Part shown: positions 23,396-33,946 of the stretch, in pieces
Layout of the letters: each line of letters starts with the position of its first letter
Position numbering within the stretch: position 1 is the first letter of the stretch
DNA from: an uncultured Planctomycetales bacterium
GTDB lineage: Bacteria; Omnitrophota; Gorgyraeia; Zapsychrales; Fredricksoniimonadaceae
Assembly: GCA_964520655.1 (NCBI GenBank)
Contig: CAZFNI010000002.1
Span: forward strand, 64,770-128,769
Length of the DNA stretch: 64,000 bases
Reading direction: 5' to 3'
The notes under the pieces: generated by a model
What the model was told of the DNA's origin: nothing
Seen by the model: only the letters and a program-made list of their open reading frames with translations
The model's database searches: none
Made by a program: the position numbers and the translations under genes

Positions 23396-24273
23396 TAAAT
23401 GACCACCTTCAGCGGATGCTTTGAACGTGATACTGTCAAACTTGCTCCAAAGGAAAACGGAAGACAGACATGAGAACCATCCACGAACACAACCCCCTCA
23501 CGCATCAAAGAAGTCAACTCTATCGCCTTCAGAGAACTTAAAACGCCCCCCACATGATGGTATTGGGCGCCCCATGCTCTAAATAATTCCCGAGGTCTAT
23601 ACTGCATCAGTTTACTCTCCTGAGGCAGCAGCTTGCCTCCAGCTGAGAATATCCCGCCTGATGAACCCGCCGCCGTCGAGATCCACAAACCCGATGACCG
23701 CTGTTCTTCACGGACCTTGCCAATGTTGATATAATAACGGCTCAGCGCCGCGGGGCTATGGTGGCATACCAGCAGATCATTCAAGACATGCATCTGCTGC
23801 GTCCCGTCAGAAAAAGAAGCACACAAACGATTGAGATGTTTAGGCTTGACCTTCATGGCTAAAACCTTTTTTAGCAGCTTCTCGAAGTTCTCGGGATTGC
23901 CGCTGCAGAACCTCCCCACGCTCCACTGAGGATCAGAATTCACCCCCCAGATCAATTGAGACTCGACATTCCTGGCAGCCTCAAGGAAAGTCCCATCGCC
24001 ACCAAGCGTTATGATAAGATCATATTTGTCATAATTGATCGCTGAACCACGGCAGATCTTGGTATATTTAAGTTGATGTTTCTTTAAAACAGATTCAACA
24101 TACGACAATGCCCAAAAATGATTCTCATGGGTCTTTTGAAAACGCTTTACCTCTGATGATTTAAATAAGCCCTCCAGCATGGCCAGACGCCTGCGATCCC
24201 CCAAAAAATAACTGGCATACGTGCTGTTCTTGTACAACAAAAGAATATTGTTGAATTTATTGTCCATATTCAA
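23395..24273 (-). CDS. nadK: NAD+ kinase
   Basis: GGDGT motif (ITLGGDGTFLEAAR), 292 aa. Confidence 0.85.
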   Translation of the reverse strand: MNMDNKFNNILLLYKNSTYASYFLGDRRRLAMLEGLFKSSEVKRFQKTHENHFWALSYVESVLKKHQLKYTKICRGSAINYDKYDLIITLGGDGTFLEAARNVESQLIWGVNSDPQWSVGRFCSGNPENFEKLLKKVLAMKVKPKHLNRLCASFSDGTQQMHVLNDLLVCHHSPAALSRYYINIGKVREEQRSSGLWISTAAGSSGGIFSAGGKLLPQESKLMQYRPRELFRAWGAQYHHVGGVLSSLKAIELTSLMREGVVFVDGSHVCLPFSFGASLTVSRSKHPLKVVI

Positions 24274-24913
24274 AAATAACCCTCTTGCTCAAATCCTTGA
24301 CAGATGAAAAAACATGATCAGCCTGCCGCAGATAGGACGCGGGCAAAGAGGTCGCAACAGCCATGCAGCGCAGTCCGGCTGATTTTGCCGAGCGAATACC
24401 GAACGGTGCATTCTCGATAACCACCGCATCCAATGGATCAAGATCCAGGGCCTTGATAGCCTTCAGATATGGCTCTGGATGCGGCTTACCGTTAGCAACA
24501 TCGCATCCGCAAACTGTCACATCGAACAGCTCAAAAAGATCCTTGGGGAGCAACCTTTTGGCTTCATGACGCGAGGTACCTGTCACCAAAGCTAATTTAA
24601 ACTTCTTTACAGACAAAGACCTAAGCAGCGACCGAGAACCAATAATAAAACGCCGCTTAAAGGTCTTTTTAAATAATTCTTCTTTTAATGCAAGGATCTG
24701 GTGAGCTAAAGCAGGGTCAAAAACTTTCTGATGTTCTAAGAAGATCTCTTTAATGCTTTCAATCCCTTTCTGCCCTTCCCGGGAATAAATATCCTCATGG
24801 GTAACTTTAATGCCTTGATCCAGAAAGATCTTCTGCCAAACCTCAAAATGATACGGCATAGTATCTGTGATAACACCATCCATATCAAAAATAACTGCCT
24901 GGAGCTTAATTCT
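24257..24913 (-). CDS. HAD-IA family hydrolase (beta-phosphoglucomutase-like)
   Basis: DMDGVITDT motif I and downstream HAD motifs; the long ORF has a 70-aa Lys/Arg-rich N-terminal extension lacking an obvious ATG near the HAD core, so start is uncertain. Confidence 0.65.
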   Translation of the reverse strand, partial: RIKLQAVIFDMDGVITDTMPYHFEVWQKIFLDQGIKVTHEDIYSREGQKGIESIKEIFLEHQKVFDPALAHQILALKEELFKKTFKRRFIIGSRSLLRSLSVKKFKLALVTGTSRHEAKRLLPKDLFELFDVTVCGCDVANGKPHPEPYLKAIKALDLDPLDAVVIENAPFGIRSAKSAGLRCMAVATSLPASYLRQADHVFSSVKDLSKRVIFEYGQ

Positions 24914-25379
24914 TATTCGTGTAGGTATGATCTCTCTTGCGTTTATTGTAGAGGGCTTTTTGCATCTTTTTATGTTCAAGCACTTTTCGCTTTTTGTATC
25001 GCTGCAGCTCGCGGTCTGCTCGAATGGCCTGCCTCTCCTTGAAATCTTTATCACGTTTTTCACTTTTTGCTTCATCATTTCTTTCTTTTTCCGCCTGTTC
25101 TTTTTCTTTAGATTCATATTCCGCCACTTCCAACTTATGCTTTAGATCATTCTCCTGGTCTTCGTGAAACTTCTCCAAGAATACTTTTCTCTCTTCCAGT
25201 GTTGATTGATACCAATCCTTGTTGTAGGTCTTGTTGTATAAAAACCTCTCTTTGAAAGAAACCTGATCAAGTTTCGGACCATAATCAGCCGTTACGTCAT
25301 ATTTCTTTTCTTGAGCTTCAGCATTGACCTGAAGCATGGAAAAAACAAGCAAAAATGTGAGTATATATATGCGATACAT
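24906..25379 (-). CDS. secreted Lys/Glu-rich charged protein (hypothetical)
   Basis: signal peptide (ILTFLLVFSMLQVNA) followed by low-complexity KE-rich coiled region. Confidence 0.4.
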   Translation of the reverse strand: MYRIYILTFLLVFSMLQVNAEAQEKKYDVTADYGPKLDQVSFKERFLYNKTYNKDWYQSTLEERKVFLEKFHEDQENDLKHKLEVAEYESKEKEQAEKERNDEAKSEKRDKDFKERQAIRADRELQRYKKRKVLEHKKMQKALYNKRKRDHTYTNKN

Positions 25380-25391
25380 ATATTTAGTATA

Positions 25392-26078
25392 TCATTCTTT
25401 AAAACAATATCCAACGCCGCGGACTGTTTCTATCAGATCCTGGGCGCCCCCCATTTTCTTGCGCAAACCCCGGATATGCACATCCACCGCCCTATCAACA
25501 ATGAATTTACCCTCTTTCCATACACCATCCAAGATCTGTTCACGACTAAAAACCCGGCCCGGGAATCGCGACAAATATTCCAAAATATCAAATTCGATCT
25601 GAGTCAAAGCGATCGATTGATCATGATAATAAACTTTATGCTTAAGTAGATCAATGATAAGACCATGCCTCTCTCGTTTTTGCTCCAAACTGGTCTGCGA
25701 AGCCGCCATTCCTCGTCGAAGAAGAACTTTAACCCTGGCAAGCAGTAGTTTTGGGCTAAAGGGTTTTAGCATATAATCATCCGCCCCCATCTGCAACCCA
25801 ACCAACTGGTCAGATTCCTCAGATCTTGCCGTCAGCATCAGTACCGGTATATTCTTAGTTTTCTCATCCGCTCTCAAATATCGGCAAATATCCAGCCCGT
25901 CGACTCCCGGGAGCATAACATCCAGCACGATCAGGTCCGGACAAAGCTTAAGGGCCTGCTCAAACGCCCCCTCACCCTGGTAGAGCGACGCTACCTCGTA
26001 CCCCTCTTTCTTGAGGTTATACGCGATGAGATCATTGATATCAACATCATCCTCTATCACAAGAATACGTTTGGCCAT
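25392..26078 (-). CDS. OmpR/PhoB-family response regulator
   Basis: receiver (ILVIEDD...DLIVLDVMLP) plus winged-helix output domain. Confidence 0.85.
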   Translation of the reverse strand: MAKRILVIEDDVDINDLIAYNLKKEGYEVASLYQGEGAFEQALKLCPDLIVLDVMLPGVDGLDICRYLRADEKTKNIPVLMLTARSEESDQLVGLQMGADDYMLKPFSPKLLLARVKVLLRRGMAASQTSLEQKRERHGLIIDLLKHKVYYHDQSIALTQIEFDILEYLSRFPGRVFSREQILDGVWKEGKFIVDRAVDVHIRGLRKKMGGAQDLIETVRGVGYCFKE

Positions 26079-26079
26079 A

Positions 26080-27225
26080 TTATTCCCTTTGCGCATTTAG
26101 CAGCAATAACAACCTTTCCATGTCACCGCGCGTATTATAAATATGCGGAGAGATCCGAATGTTACCCTTCCACAAAGCTGCATGAACACCTTTATTTTTT
26201 AGATCTTCAAATATCCCCACGTTCCGCTCTCTATCTTTGTGCGCTATCACAATGATCGGAGAAACAATACCAACTCCTTTGGGACTTACAACATCCCACA
26301 AGGTAAGATCAACCCCCTGATGGAACAAAGAAATTAAAGCATCATTATGACGCTTGACTACCGCCAATCCAATCCCCATCAAATAATCGATCGAACTGCG
26401 CCAGGGAACAAAATTAAAAAAATTCGCCGTTCCAAAAACATCGTATTTCCTGGCACTATTATTCTGCCGCAGAGACAACTCCTCTTCACGATTGAGACTG
26501 CGCTCATCCATCAATGCGATCCAATAGCTTTGTTCATATTGCAGACTTTCTCGCAAATCCGGCCTTATCCAGCAGAATCCCGTCCCATATGGACCTAATA
26601 ACCATTTGTATCCTGCACAAACAACCACATCAACAGGTAAGGAAGAAATATCAACCGGCCATACACCGAGGACCTGCGACATATTAACAACAAAGGTAAT
26701 GCCTTTCTGCCGGCATAACGCACCAATGCCCCCGATATCCAGACACCAACCTGAAAAACTATGGATCATGGGTAGACAAATAACTTTGGTCCTTGGCGTT
26801 ATCGCATCTTTTATCTCATCGACCGTCAACACAGGACCTTCCGCCCTGATCTGACGGACATGGACCCCTTGATCCTTCCAATGAAGCCACGGCAAGATAT
26901 CCGTAGGAAAATCATTTTGCATCAGGATGACATCATCACCAGGAGCCAATCTCAATCCATGGCTTATCAGATGCATGCCGTAGGTCGCGCTATTACCAAG
27001 AATAATATCTTCTTCATGCACATGGATCAGCGCAGCCAGCGAGCGCTTCAACAAAACCGGCGTTTCGATGAACTTAGGGATCGTCAACTGCTCCGGCGAC
27101 ATTTTTAAACGGACAACGTTGATCAGCGCGTCTTTGGACACCCTGGGCAACGGCCCTTCACTGGCCGCGTTCAGCCAGATCTGGCCTGGCGTCAATTCAA
27201 AATCACCGGTAAAGTCCTGTATCAT
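26080..27225 (-). CDS. class V aminotransferase / cysteine-desulfurase-like PLP enzyme
   Basis: 381 aa; PLP-lysine context CAGYKWLLGPYG. Confidence 0.75.
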   Translation of the reverse strand: MIQDFTGDFELTPGQIWLNAASEGPLPRVSKDALINVVRLKMSPEQLTIPKFIETPVLLKRSLAALIHVHEEDIILGNSATYGMHLISHGLRLAPGDDVILMQNDFPTDILPWLHWKDQGVHVRQIRAEGPVLTVDEIKDAITPRTKVICLPMIHSFSGWCLDIGGIGALCRQKGITFVVNMSQVLGVWPVDISSLPVDVVVCAGYKWLLGPYGTGFCWIRPDLRESLQYEQSYWIALMDERSLNREEELSLRQNNSARKYDVFGTANFFNFVPWRSSIDYLMGIGLAVVKRHNDALISLFHQGVDLTLWDVVSPKGVGIVSPIIVIAHKDRERNVGIFEDLKNKGVHAALWKGNIRISPHIYNTRGDMERLLLLLNAQRE

Positions 27226-27668
27226 TTACGTAATAATGGCCGGATCGATCTAAAAAATAATTTATCCTTGGGATGCGTCAACAAACCTTCCACATCATCC
27301 GCATACACCCATCTTGCCTCGGGATGATTAGGATCGATCGGCTTTAGTTTGACCTCATCCGTTGAAAAAAGGAACATATGGATAACCTTGAGCTCGCTTC
27401 TATCTTCTTTGATACCGTCAACACCGATCTTATAACGTTTGTAATTACCCAATTCTTTAAGAAATATTAACCTTAATATCCCGGATTCCTCCTCGATCTC
27501 ACGTATGGCTGCCGCTAGTATCTCTTCGCCCGGTTCAACATGTCCTTTTGGTAAAGACCAGGAGTTCCCCCGTTGGTTCACAACCAGAATGCGTCCCTTT
27601 TTATTGACCACAACACCACCGGCTGTGACCGTTTCAAATGTTTTCTTTTGGATCCGTTCCTTGTCCAT
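27222..27668 (-). CDS. NUDIX hydrolase
   Basis: Nudix box [22 protein letters not shown]. Confidence 0.8.
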   Translation of the reverse strand: MDKERIQKKTFETVTAGGVVVNKKGRILVVNQRGNSWSLPKGHVEPGEEILAAAIREIEEESGILRLIFLKELGNYKRYKIGVDGIKEDRSELKVIHMFLFSTDEVKLKPIDPNHPEARWVYADDVEGLLTHPKDKLFFRSIRPLLRK

Positions 27669-28299
27669 AATATTTTGTCCCGATCTCAATGCGCGGCAAC
27701 CCGTGGGTCACCCGATATAAATTCTTATCCCTTAATGAATATACGCATCCGCAATATTCCTGTTGATAAAAATTCTCTCTTTTGGCGATATCATACATCC
27801 TGTCCGCGCCGCCTTTTTTGCGCCAATTATACGTCCAGTATACCATACCCTCATAGCGCGACGCCGCCTTGACGCCGCTGGCATTGATCTGCTTCATATC
27901 CTTCCACCGGGACAGCCCCAGCGACGATGTAAAGACCTTATAGCCGTGCTCATAGGCATACAATGCCGCCCTCTCAAAGCGCATATCAAAACAAACGCTG
28001 CAGCGTATCCCCTTTTCAGGTTCAAATTCCATCCCCTTGACACGATCAAACCAGTTGCCTGTATCATAATCCGCGTCAATAAAAGGGATATTCATCTGTT
28101 TGGCAAAACGGATATTCTCATTTTTGCGGATCTCATATTCGCGCTGCGGATGGATATTAGGGTTATAGAAGAATATCTCAAAAGAGATCTTCGACGCCAC
28201 CATCGCTTCCATCAGTTCTCCAGAACATGGTGCGCAGCAGGAATGCAGCAGAACCTTTGTGCCGTTGTCCGGCGGGATTAATTGTTCACGGTTATCCAT
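27634..28299 (-). CDS. queH: epoxyqueuosine reductase QueH (DUF208)
   Basis: [10 protein letters not shown] motif and conserved Cys pattern of QueH. Confidence 0.85.
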   Translation of the reverse strand: MDNREQLIPPDNGTKVLLHSCCAPCSGELMEAMVASKISFEIFFYNPNIHPQREYEIRKNENIRFAKQMNIPFIDADYDTGNWFDRVKGMEFEPEKGIRCSVCFDMRFERAALYAYEHGYKVFTSSLGLSRWKDMKQINASGVKAASRYEGMVYWTYNWRKKGGADRMYDIAKRENFYQQEYCGCVYSLRDKNLYRVTHGLPRIEIGTKYYGQGTDPKENI

Positions 28300-28304
28300 A
28301 ATAA

Positions 28305-28357
28305 GAAAAAACCCTTGTCCTGTTCTCACAAGGCAAGGGTTTTTATTAAGCCAACCT
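28305..28357. terminator. bidirectional rho-independent terminator
   Basis: AAAAAACCCTTG...CAAGGGTTTTTATT: GC-rich inverted repeat flanked by A-run and T-run, 10 nt after csp stop. Confidence 0.7.
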
Positions 28358-28365
28358 GCTAAAGA

Positions 28366-28566
28366 TTAAACTTTAACAACATTTACAGCTTGTTCCCCTT
28401 TAGGGCCTTGCTGTATATCAAACTCGACACTTTGACCTTCTTCCAAAGTCCTGTATCCTTCAGTCTTAATAGCGGTGTGGTGCACAAAAACATCTTTGCC
28501 ATTTTCCGGGGTAATAAAGCCATAACCTTTTTGATTATTAAACCACTTTACTTTACCTTTTGCCAT
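28366..28566 (-). CDS. cspA: cold-shock protein (CspA family)
   Basis: [19 protein letters not shown]1 motif; start set to [10 protein letters not shown]. Confidence 0.9.
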   Translation of the reverse strand: MAKGKVKWFNNQKGYGFITPENGKDVFVHHTAIKTEGYRTLEEGQSVEFDIQQGPKGEQAVNVVKV

Positions 28567-28653
28567 TACTTCGACCTCCTTGATCTTTGTTTCTTTGCCT
28601 TTAAAGAACTTCTGGAAAATATTCATCATGCTCATATCTTGCGAACCTGTGAA

Positions 28654-29136
28654 TTATTGGCCGACAGCTTGCGCTTCAGCGCTTGGGTTAACAACTTCTG
28701 CCGCTTTATTGAGATGGGCAGATAAAGCCTTCCACGTTTTACGACCGACTTTGCCATCTGCTTTCAAACCATTTTGAGCCTGGAAAGATTCAATGGCTTT
28801 CTTTGTCTTAGGTCCGATCTCACCATCGATCTTGCCCGCATAGAATCCCGCGTTCTTTAACGCTTGCTGGATCTGTTTGCCCGTCGGCTTTTCAACCCCA
28901 GCAACAGCTGCGGCCGCATCCTCTACAGGAGCAACAGCCTCATTGGCCAAGGCCTCAGCATTGTCCACAACTACCGCGACATTATTGGCGTTTGTTGGAT
29001 CAGAAACGGAAACAACATTCTCACTGAGAACTCCATTTAGACCATCCATGCTCGAAGTCTCTTCCTTTTTCTTGCCGCAGCCGGATACAGACGCGACTAA
29101 AAACACAACCGCTAGCCCTAAAACAAAATTTTTCAT
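28654..29136 (-). CDS. lipoprotein with peptidoglycan-binding domain (PG_binding_1-like)
   Basis: lipobox (VSGC), C-terminal IDGxxGxxTxxAIxxFQ repeat. Confidence 0.7.
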   Translation of the reverse strand: MKNFVLGLAVVFLVASVSGCGKKKEETSSMDGLNGVLSENVVSVSDPTNANNVAVVVDNAEALANEAVAPVEDAAAAVAGVEKPTGKQIQQALKNAGFYAGKIDGEIGPKTKKAIESFQAQNGLKADGKVGRKTWKALSAHLNKAAEVVNPSAEAQAVGQ

Positions 29137-29237
29137 ACCAACGACCTCATCATTAAAAATGTGTTAAACAACAAATATTTATTCCACCTACACATATATT
29201 ATCGCGGTTTGCAGGCTTGTCAAATTTTCTTCATAAA

Positions 29238-30449
29238 TTATTCCACATAATCCAGGTCTTTAGAATACGTCTCCTCCAGTCCGGACAGCGCCCAAAATGC
29301 CAAAAGCACACACACGCCTCCAACGATCATGCCGGCGGGTACAGTACCGTATAAACCTTTAAAAGACTGGAAACCAATGGTCAAAAGTACTACTGAACCC
29401 CTGACGACATTGGGAACCGTTGTTGTAACCGTAGACCTGACGTTCGTCCCAAATTGTTCTGCAGCGATCGTCACGAACAATGCCCAATAGCCCGATGCTA
29501 CACCCAATAAAAAACAAAGCCCGTACATAAGCCCCAGCGATGCTTCCTTTGAGAACAAATACGCCGCCATCAAGCATGCATTCAATGCCATGAATACGGC
29601 CACGACCCTGATCCTGCTTTGGATCATCTGCGACCAGATACCGCTGATAAGCCCACCGCACGATAAACCGATATAGGTGAACATGACCGCCTTGCCGGCA
29701 TCAGGCAATATTTTCATCCCCAACGCCTTACCGAACTCCGGCGAGAACGTCACCAAAACGCCGACCACAAACCACAATGGGATGCCGATGATCACGCAGC
29801 GCAAATATTTAAAGAAATTGCGCCACTGACAAAAGATCAACCTTAGATCTCCCCGCTTTGAAGTCCCCTTTAATGCTTTTTGGAATAAGCCCGATTCTAG
29901 CGCCTGGATGCGCAATAATAACAGAACGATCCCCATTCCACCGCCGATAAAATAAGCTGTTCGCCAGTCGAAAAGATCGGCAATGAACGCTGCCGCTACC
30001 GCCCCGAGAATACCAACAACAGAGACAATGGTCGTCCCATATCCCCTTGTTTTGATCGGCATTGTTTCACTGACCAAAGTGATCCCCGCTCCTAATTCGC
30101 CCGCCAAACCAATACCCGCAATGAAACGCAGCAGCGCATACATGGGAATATCATGAACAAAACCATTAGCGATATTCGCTAGAGAATAAAGGAAGATTGA
30201 CCCCAACAAAACGGACAATCGACCCTTTTTATCCCCCAGGATGCCCCATAAAAAACCACCCAACAACATCCCAGCCATCTGCATATTCAGCAGCAGGATG
30301 CCATTGCTTAACAGATCCGCGTCAATCACACCAAGGGACTTTAAACTTTTGACCCGGACAATACTAAACAAGATCAGATCATAAATATCAACAAAGTATC
30401 CGAGGGAAGCCAAAAGAACAGCAGGAATTATTTTATTGTTTTTTGTCAT
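29238..30449 (-). CDS. MFS transporter
   Basis: 403 aa, 12 predicted TM, MFS loop motif (GDKKGR). Confidence 0.8.
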   Translation of the reverse strand: MTKNNKIIPAVLLASLGYFVDIYDLILFSIVRVKSLKSLGVIDADLLSNGILLLNMQMAGMLLGGFLWGILGDKKGRLSVLLGSIFLYSLANIANGFVHDIPMYALLRFIAGIGLAGELGAGITLVSETMPIKTRGYGTTIVSVVGILGAVAAAFIADLFDWRTAYFIGGGMGIVLLLLRIQALESGLFQKALKGTSKRGDLRLIFCQWRNFFKYLRCVIIGIPLWFVVGVLVTFSPEFGKALGMKILPDAGKAVMFTYIGLSCGGLISGIWSQMIQSRIRVVAVFMALNACLMAAYLFSKEASLGLMYGLCFLLGVASGYWALFVTIAAEQFGTNVRSTVTTTVPNVVRGSVVLLTIGFQSFKGLYGTVPAGMIVGGVCVLLAFWALSGLEETYSKDLDYVE

Positions 30450-30530
30450 ATGGCAAAAAAAAGCAGACTAGCTTTTAATGTAACAAAGTCAGTCTGCTCT
30501 GTTGTGAATTAGGGACAAACTCAATTATTA

Positions 30531-30758
30531 CTATTTTCCTAAAATGATCTTTTCAGCTTCCAGCCAGTCCTGTTCCGGATTACCCCAATGGCCGCCGCGT
30601 TGGATAAAAAGCTCATATGCTTTAAGGCGGATCGCATCCTGCAGATCTACTGCAGAGGCTGCAATCTCCTGCTCCTGCGTTTCGATCGCTTTCTTGACCA
30701 CTTTTCTTGTGTAAGTTCTTTTTTTAGGGGTAGTTACAGTTGTTTTACTTAATCTCAT
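30531..30758 (-). CDS. DUF2934-family small protein
   Basis: IRLKAYELFIQRGGHWGNPEQDWLEAE matches DUF2934 core. Confidence 0.55.
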   Translation of the reverse strand: MRLSKTTVTTPKKRTYTRKVVKKAIETQEQEIAASAVDLQDAIRLKAYELFIQRGGHWGNPEQDWLEAEKIILGK

Positions 30759-30815
30759 AGACCCTCCTTGAAGGATAAAAAGATTATCCTACTATTGATG
30801 TAGAGAGTCAAGCAT

Positions 30816-32018
30816 TTAAAGATGGTTCTTGATCGATGTTGTATCTAAGAGATACCGAGCAAAGGGAAATGCGCAAGTAAACGCTGGAGATACCGCATTT
30901 AACACATGAACACTTTTGCCGTCACCCTCGACGACAAAATCCTGGACCAACGACAGTTTTTCCTTATCTAAAAGCTGCGCTCGGATGCCCGGAGCGGTCC
31001 AAGTTGTAAATCCTTGAGGATCAATGGATTGCACCATGGCAACAGCTAAAGAAACAAAATATTCGCGGTCATATTTACGCATTTCTTCATGTGCGAGACC
31101 CCGAAAATTAAAAGCATTGGTCGCATACAGCTTGGATTCATAAAACATAACCTGCGCCATTTCTTTCAGACTAAAACGCTCCAGCCCCTGATAATTCTCG
31201 CGCCAAAAAGCAGGAATAGCTGTCGGGCCGATCTTGATATCGCCTGTTACCGTTTTCGTATAATGGACACCCAAGAATGGATTCTTTAAATTAGGAACCG
31301 GGTAGATGTTGATCTTCACATCCGTTTTATTCTTCGTGTACTTTAAGTACAACCCCTTAAATGGGATCATGGTGTACTTTCGACCGAAATCAAAATCCTG
31401 GGCGATCTTATCCGCGTACAAACCGCCGGCATTGATGATGATCCCGCCTTCGAATTCGCCTTGGGTGGTTTTGATCACCTGGGATTGCCGACCCAAATAC
31501 TTCGTTCCATAAAAGAACTCTACCCCAGCCGCTTCCAGATCTTTCTTCAGCGATAAACACACCTCTTTGGGGTCGACACTGGCCGTATCAGGAGAATACA
31601 AAGCCCGCTTGAATGTTTTGACATTAGGCTCTATTTCTCTAGCCTTGGCTTCATCGATCAAAGACACATTGGAGCCGTTGCGCAGCCCCCGCTTTAATAA
31701 CTCGTCTAACTGACCAAGTTCATATTCATTTTGGGCCACGACCAATTTGCCGCATTCATTAATGGCCAAGCCTTTGGATTTCACATACGCTTTCATCGCC
31801 CGGCTGCCATCGACCGTGAATTTCGCTTTCAAGCTGTCCGCCGTGTAATAGAACCCTGCATGCAAAACACCGCTGTTGCGTCCGGAAGCATGCTGCGCTT
31901 GGCCGGATTCTTTATCAATGATCAGAACACTTTTGGATCTATTGCGCTCCTTGATGGCATGGGCTATCGTTAAGCCCATGATGCCGGAACCAATGATGAT
32001 AAAATCGTATTTCTTCAT
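30816..32018 (-). CDS. lhgO: L-2-hydroxyglutarate oxidase-like FAD-dependent oxidoreductase
   Basis: FAD-binding GSGIMG N-terminus; full-length similarity to LhgO/DAO family. Confidence 0.75.
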   Translation of the reverse strand: MKKYDFIIIGSGIMGLTIAHAIKERNRSKSVLIIDKESGQAQHASGRNSGVLHAGFYYTADSLKAKFTVDGSRAMKAYVKSKGLAINECGKLVVAQNEYELGQLDELLKRGLRNGSNVSLIDEAKAREIEPNVKTFKRALYSPDTASVDPKEVCLSLKKDLEAAGVEFFYGTKYLGRQSQVIKTTQGEFEGGIIINAGGLYADKIAQDFDFGRKYTMIPFKGLYLKYTKNKTDVKINIYPVPNLKNPFLGVHYTKTVTGDIKIGPTAIPAFWRENYQGLERFSLKEMAQVMFYESKLYATNAFNFRGLAHEEMRKYDREYFVSLAVAMVQSIDPQGFTTWTAPGIRAQLLDKEKLSLVQDFVVEGDGKSVHVLNAVSPAFTCAFPFARYLLDTTSIKNHL

Positions 32019-32236
32019 GATACTTTCGAATGCGTCCCGTCGCAGTAAGATTTCTTGGAACTGAGTTTACATGTGCACCAAGCCACTTTTTGTTCGTTCT
32101 CGATCTCAACAAAAACCGGCGATTTGCCTGTAGGCCCATGACTGCCGTCGCAAAAAGGCTGTTTCTTGGATTCACCGCAGGAACACCAGGCATACTTCCC
32201 AGGTTTCATCACTTGCACAATTGGAGAAAACCCCAT
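32015..32236 (-). CDS. CDGSH-type iron-sulfur domain protein (two CDGSH motifs)
   Basis: CDGSHGP and CDGTHS motifs; overlaps lhgO start by 4 nt. Confidence 0.8.
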   Translation of the reverse strand: MGFSPIVQVMKPGKYAWCSCGESKKQPFCDGSHGPTGKSPVFVEIENEQKVAWCTCKLSSKKSYCDGTHSKVS

Positions 32237-32246
32237 AACAACCTCC

Positions 32247-32837
32247 TTATTTTTTGATCAAGAATATCGCGCTGTACGCGAATAAATTGCGTTTAATGTA
32301 GATCTCGCCTTTGATACCCAGCGCGCGTTCGCGTTCAATAGTGATGCCGCGCTCATTGCAAAAATAACGAAAATCTTTGATCGACAAGAAACGAATATTA
32401 GGCGTGTTATACCATTTATACGGCAGACCGACCGTCACCGGAACCTGACCGAACAGCAGGATTTGAAGCCGGGCGGAAAGATTGCAGAAATTAGGGATGC
32501 CGACAATAACACGCTTGCCTACCCGCAATGCCTCGGCGATCACCTTCTCAGGGCTTAAGATCTCCTGCAAGGACTCGTTGAGGATCACATAATCAAAACG
32601 CTTATCGGAATAATCCTCTAACCCGGAATCAATATCCCCGTGGGAGACCGTGACTCCGCGCTCAACGCATTTATAGATCTCTTTCTCATCGATCTCAATG
32701 CCCGTAGCGCGGCAATTCTTGTTCTTGATCAGCAGATCAAGCAATGTCCCATCGCCGCAGCCTAAGTCCAGCACGTGGCTGTTAGGCTCGATCATATCAA
32801 TAATATATTTATGGTCTAAACGGATATCAGCGCTCAT
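32247..32837 (-). CDS. metW: methionine biosynthesis protein MetW
   Basis: SAM-MTase-like fold (VLDLGCGDGTLL); immediately downstream of metX. Confidence 0.85.
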   Translation of the reverse strand: MSADIRLDHKYIIDMIEPNSHVLDLGCGDGTLLDLLIKNKNCRATGIEIDEKEIYKCVERGVTVSHGDIDSGLEDYSDKRFDYVILNESLQEILSPEKVIAEALRVGKRVIVGIPNFCNLSARLQILLFGQVPVTVGLPYKWYNTPNIRFLSIKDFRYFCNERGITIERERALGIKGEIYIKRNLFAYSAIFLIKK

Positions 32838-33946
32838 TTCACATTATTTAAAAAATGCTTCACTAATTTTGATTGATCTTCGATCTCAACCAAGAATGAA
32901 TCATGGCCGTAATCGGTCTTGATCTCAATAAAAGAAATGTCGAGGTCATTGGCCTTCATGGCTTTAACCATTTCTTTGCTCTGATACGACGGGTACAGCC
33001 AATCTGATGTAAAGGTCACGATCAGAAACTTCGACTTAGCGACTTTAAATATTTTGGACAGATCCCCCTCCTCGGAGAGGTCAAAATAATCCAATGCTTT
33101 TGACAAATACAGATAACTGTTCGCATCAAAACGGCTGACAAAGCTTTCGCCGCGATATTTTAAATAGCTCTCCACCTCGAAGTCATGGGAAAAATCATAT
33201 CCGACTTTTTCCTTATTCTTTAAACGTCGGCCGAATTTCTCTTCCATCGACTTTTCGCTCATGTAGGTGATATGACCGATCATGCGCGATACCGCCATGC
33301 CCTGCGCAGGCGCCGCTTTGTCATAGTAGTCCCCGTTATTCCAATTAGGATCTGACATGATGGCCTGACGGGCCACTTCATGCAGCGCGATCTGTTGGGC
33401 CGTATGACGATAATTGGTCGCGATCAAAATACAGGACTTTAATGTGTCGGGATAAAGTACAGCCCATTTAAGGGCCATTAGACCGCCCATGGACCCGCCG
33501 CAGGCGGAAAATAATTTCTTGATCCCCAAGTGGTCGATCAAATGTTTTTGCGCGACCACCATGTCCTCAACGGTGATGACCGGAAAGCTGATCCCGTAAG
33601 GTTTGCCTGTCGCCGGATTGATTGACGACGGACCAGTCGAGCCTTTACAGCCGCCGATCACATTGGAACAGATGATAAAATATTTATCCGTATCGAACGC
33701 TTTACCGGGACCGATCATATCGTCCCACCAGCCGGGATTCTTGTCCCCTTCATGCCAGAACGCGGCATGGGCATCACCGGTTAAGGCATGAAAGATCAGG
33801 ATGGCATTGCTTTTGTCAGCATTAAGCGTCCCGTATGTTTCATAGGCCAGCGTGATGGGGCCAAGTTTCACCCCGCTTTTTAAGACAAGCTCACGCCCAG
33901 CTTCAGCGAAACCAAAGAATTGAGTTTGAACGTAATGTTTGTCCAT
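32834..33946 (-). CDS. metX: homoserine O-acetyltransferase
   Basis: alpha/beta hydrolase with GGSMGG nucleophile elbow; 370 aa. Confidence 0.9.
   Translation of the reverse strand: MDKHYVQTQFFGFAEAGRELVLKSGVKLGPITLAYETYGTLNADKSNAILIFHALTGDAHAAFWHEGDKNPGWWDDMIGPGKAFDTDKYFIICSNVIGGCKGSTGPSSINPATGKPYGISFPVITVEDMVVAQKHLIDHLGIKKLFSACGGSMGGLMALKWAVLYPDTLKSCILIATNYRHTAQQIALHEVARQAIMSDPNWNNGDYYDKAAPAQGMAVSRMIGHITYMSEKSMEEKFGRRLKNKEKVGYDFSHDFEVESYLKYRGESFVSRFDANSYLYLSKALDYFDLSEEGDLSKIFKVAKSKFLIVTFTSDWLYPSYQSKEMVKAMKANDLDISFIEIKTDYGHDSFLVEIEDQSKLVKHFLNNVK

Noticed and set aside
25311-25649. Plus-strand 112-aa and 88-aa ORFs opposite the response-regulator gene
   Set aside because: Antisense overlaps of a well-supported gene.
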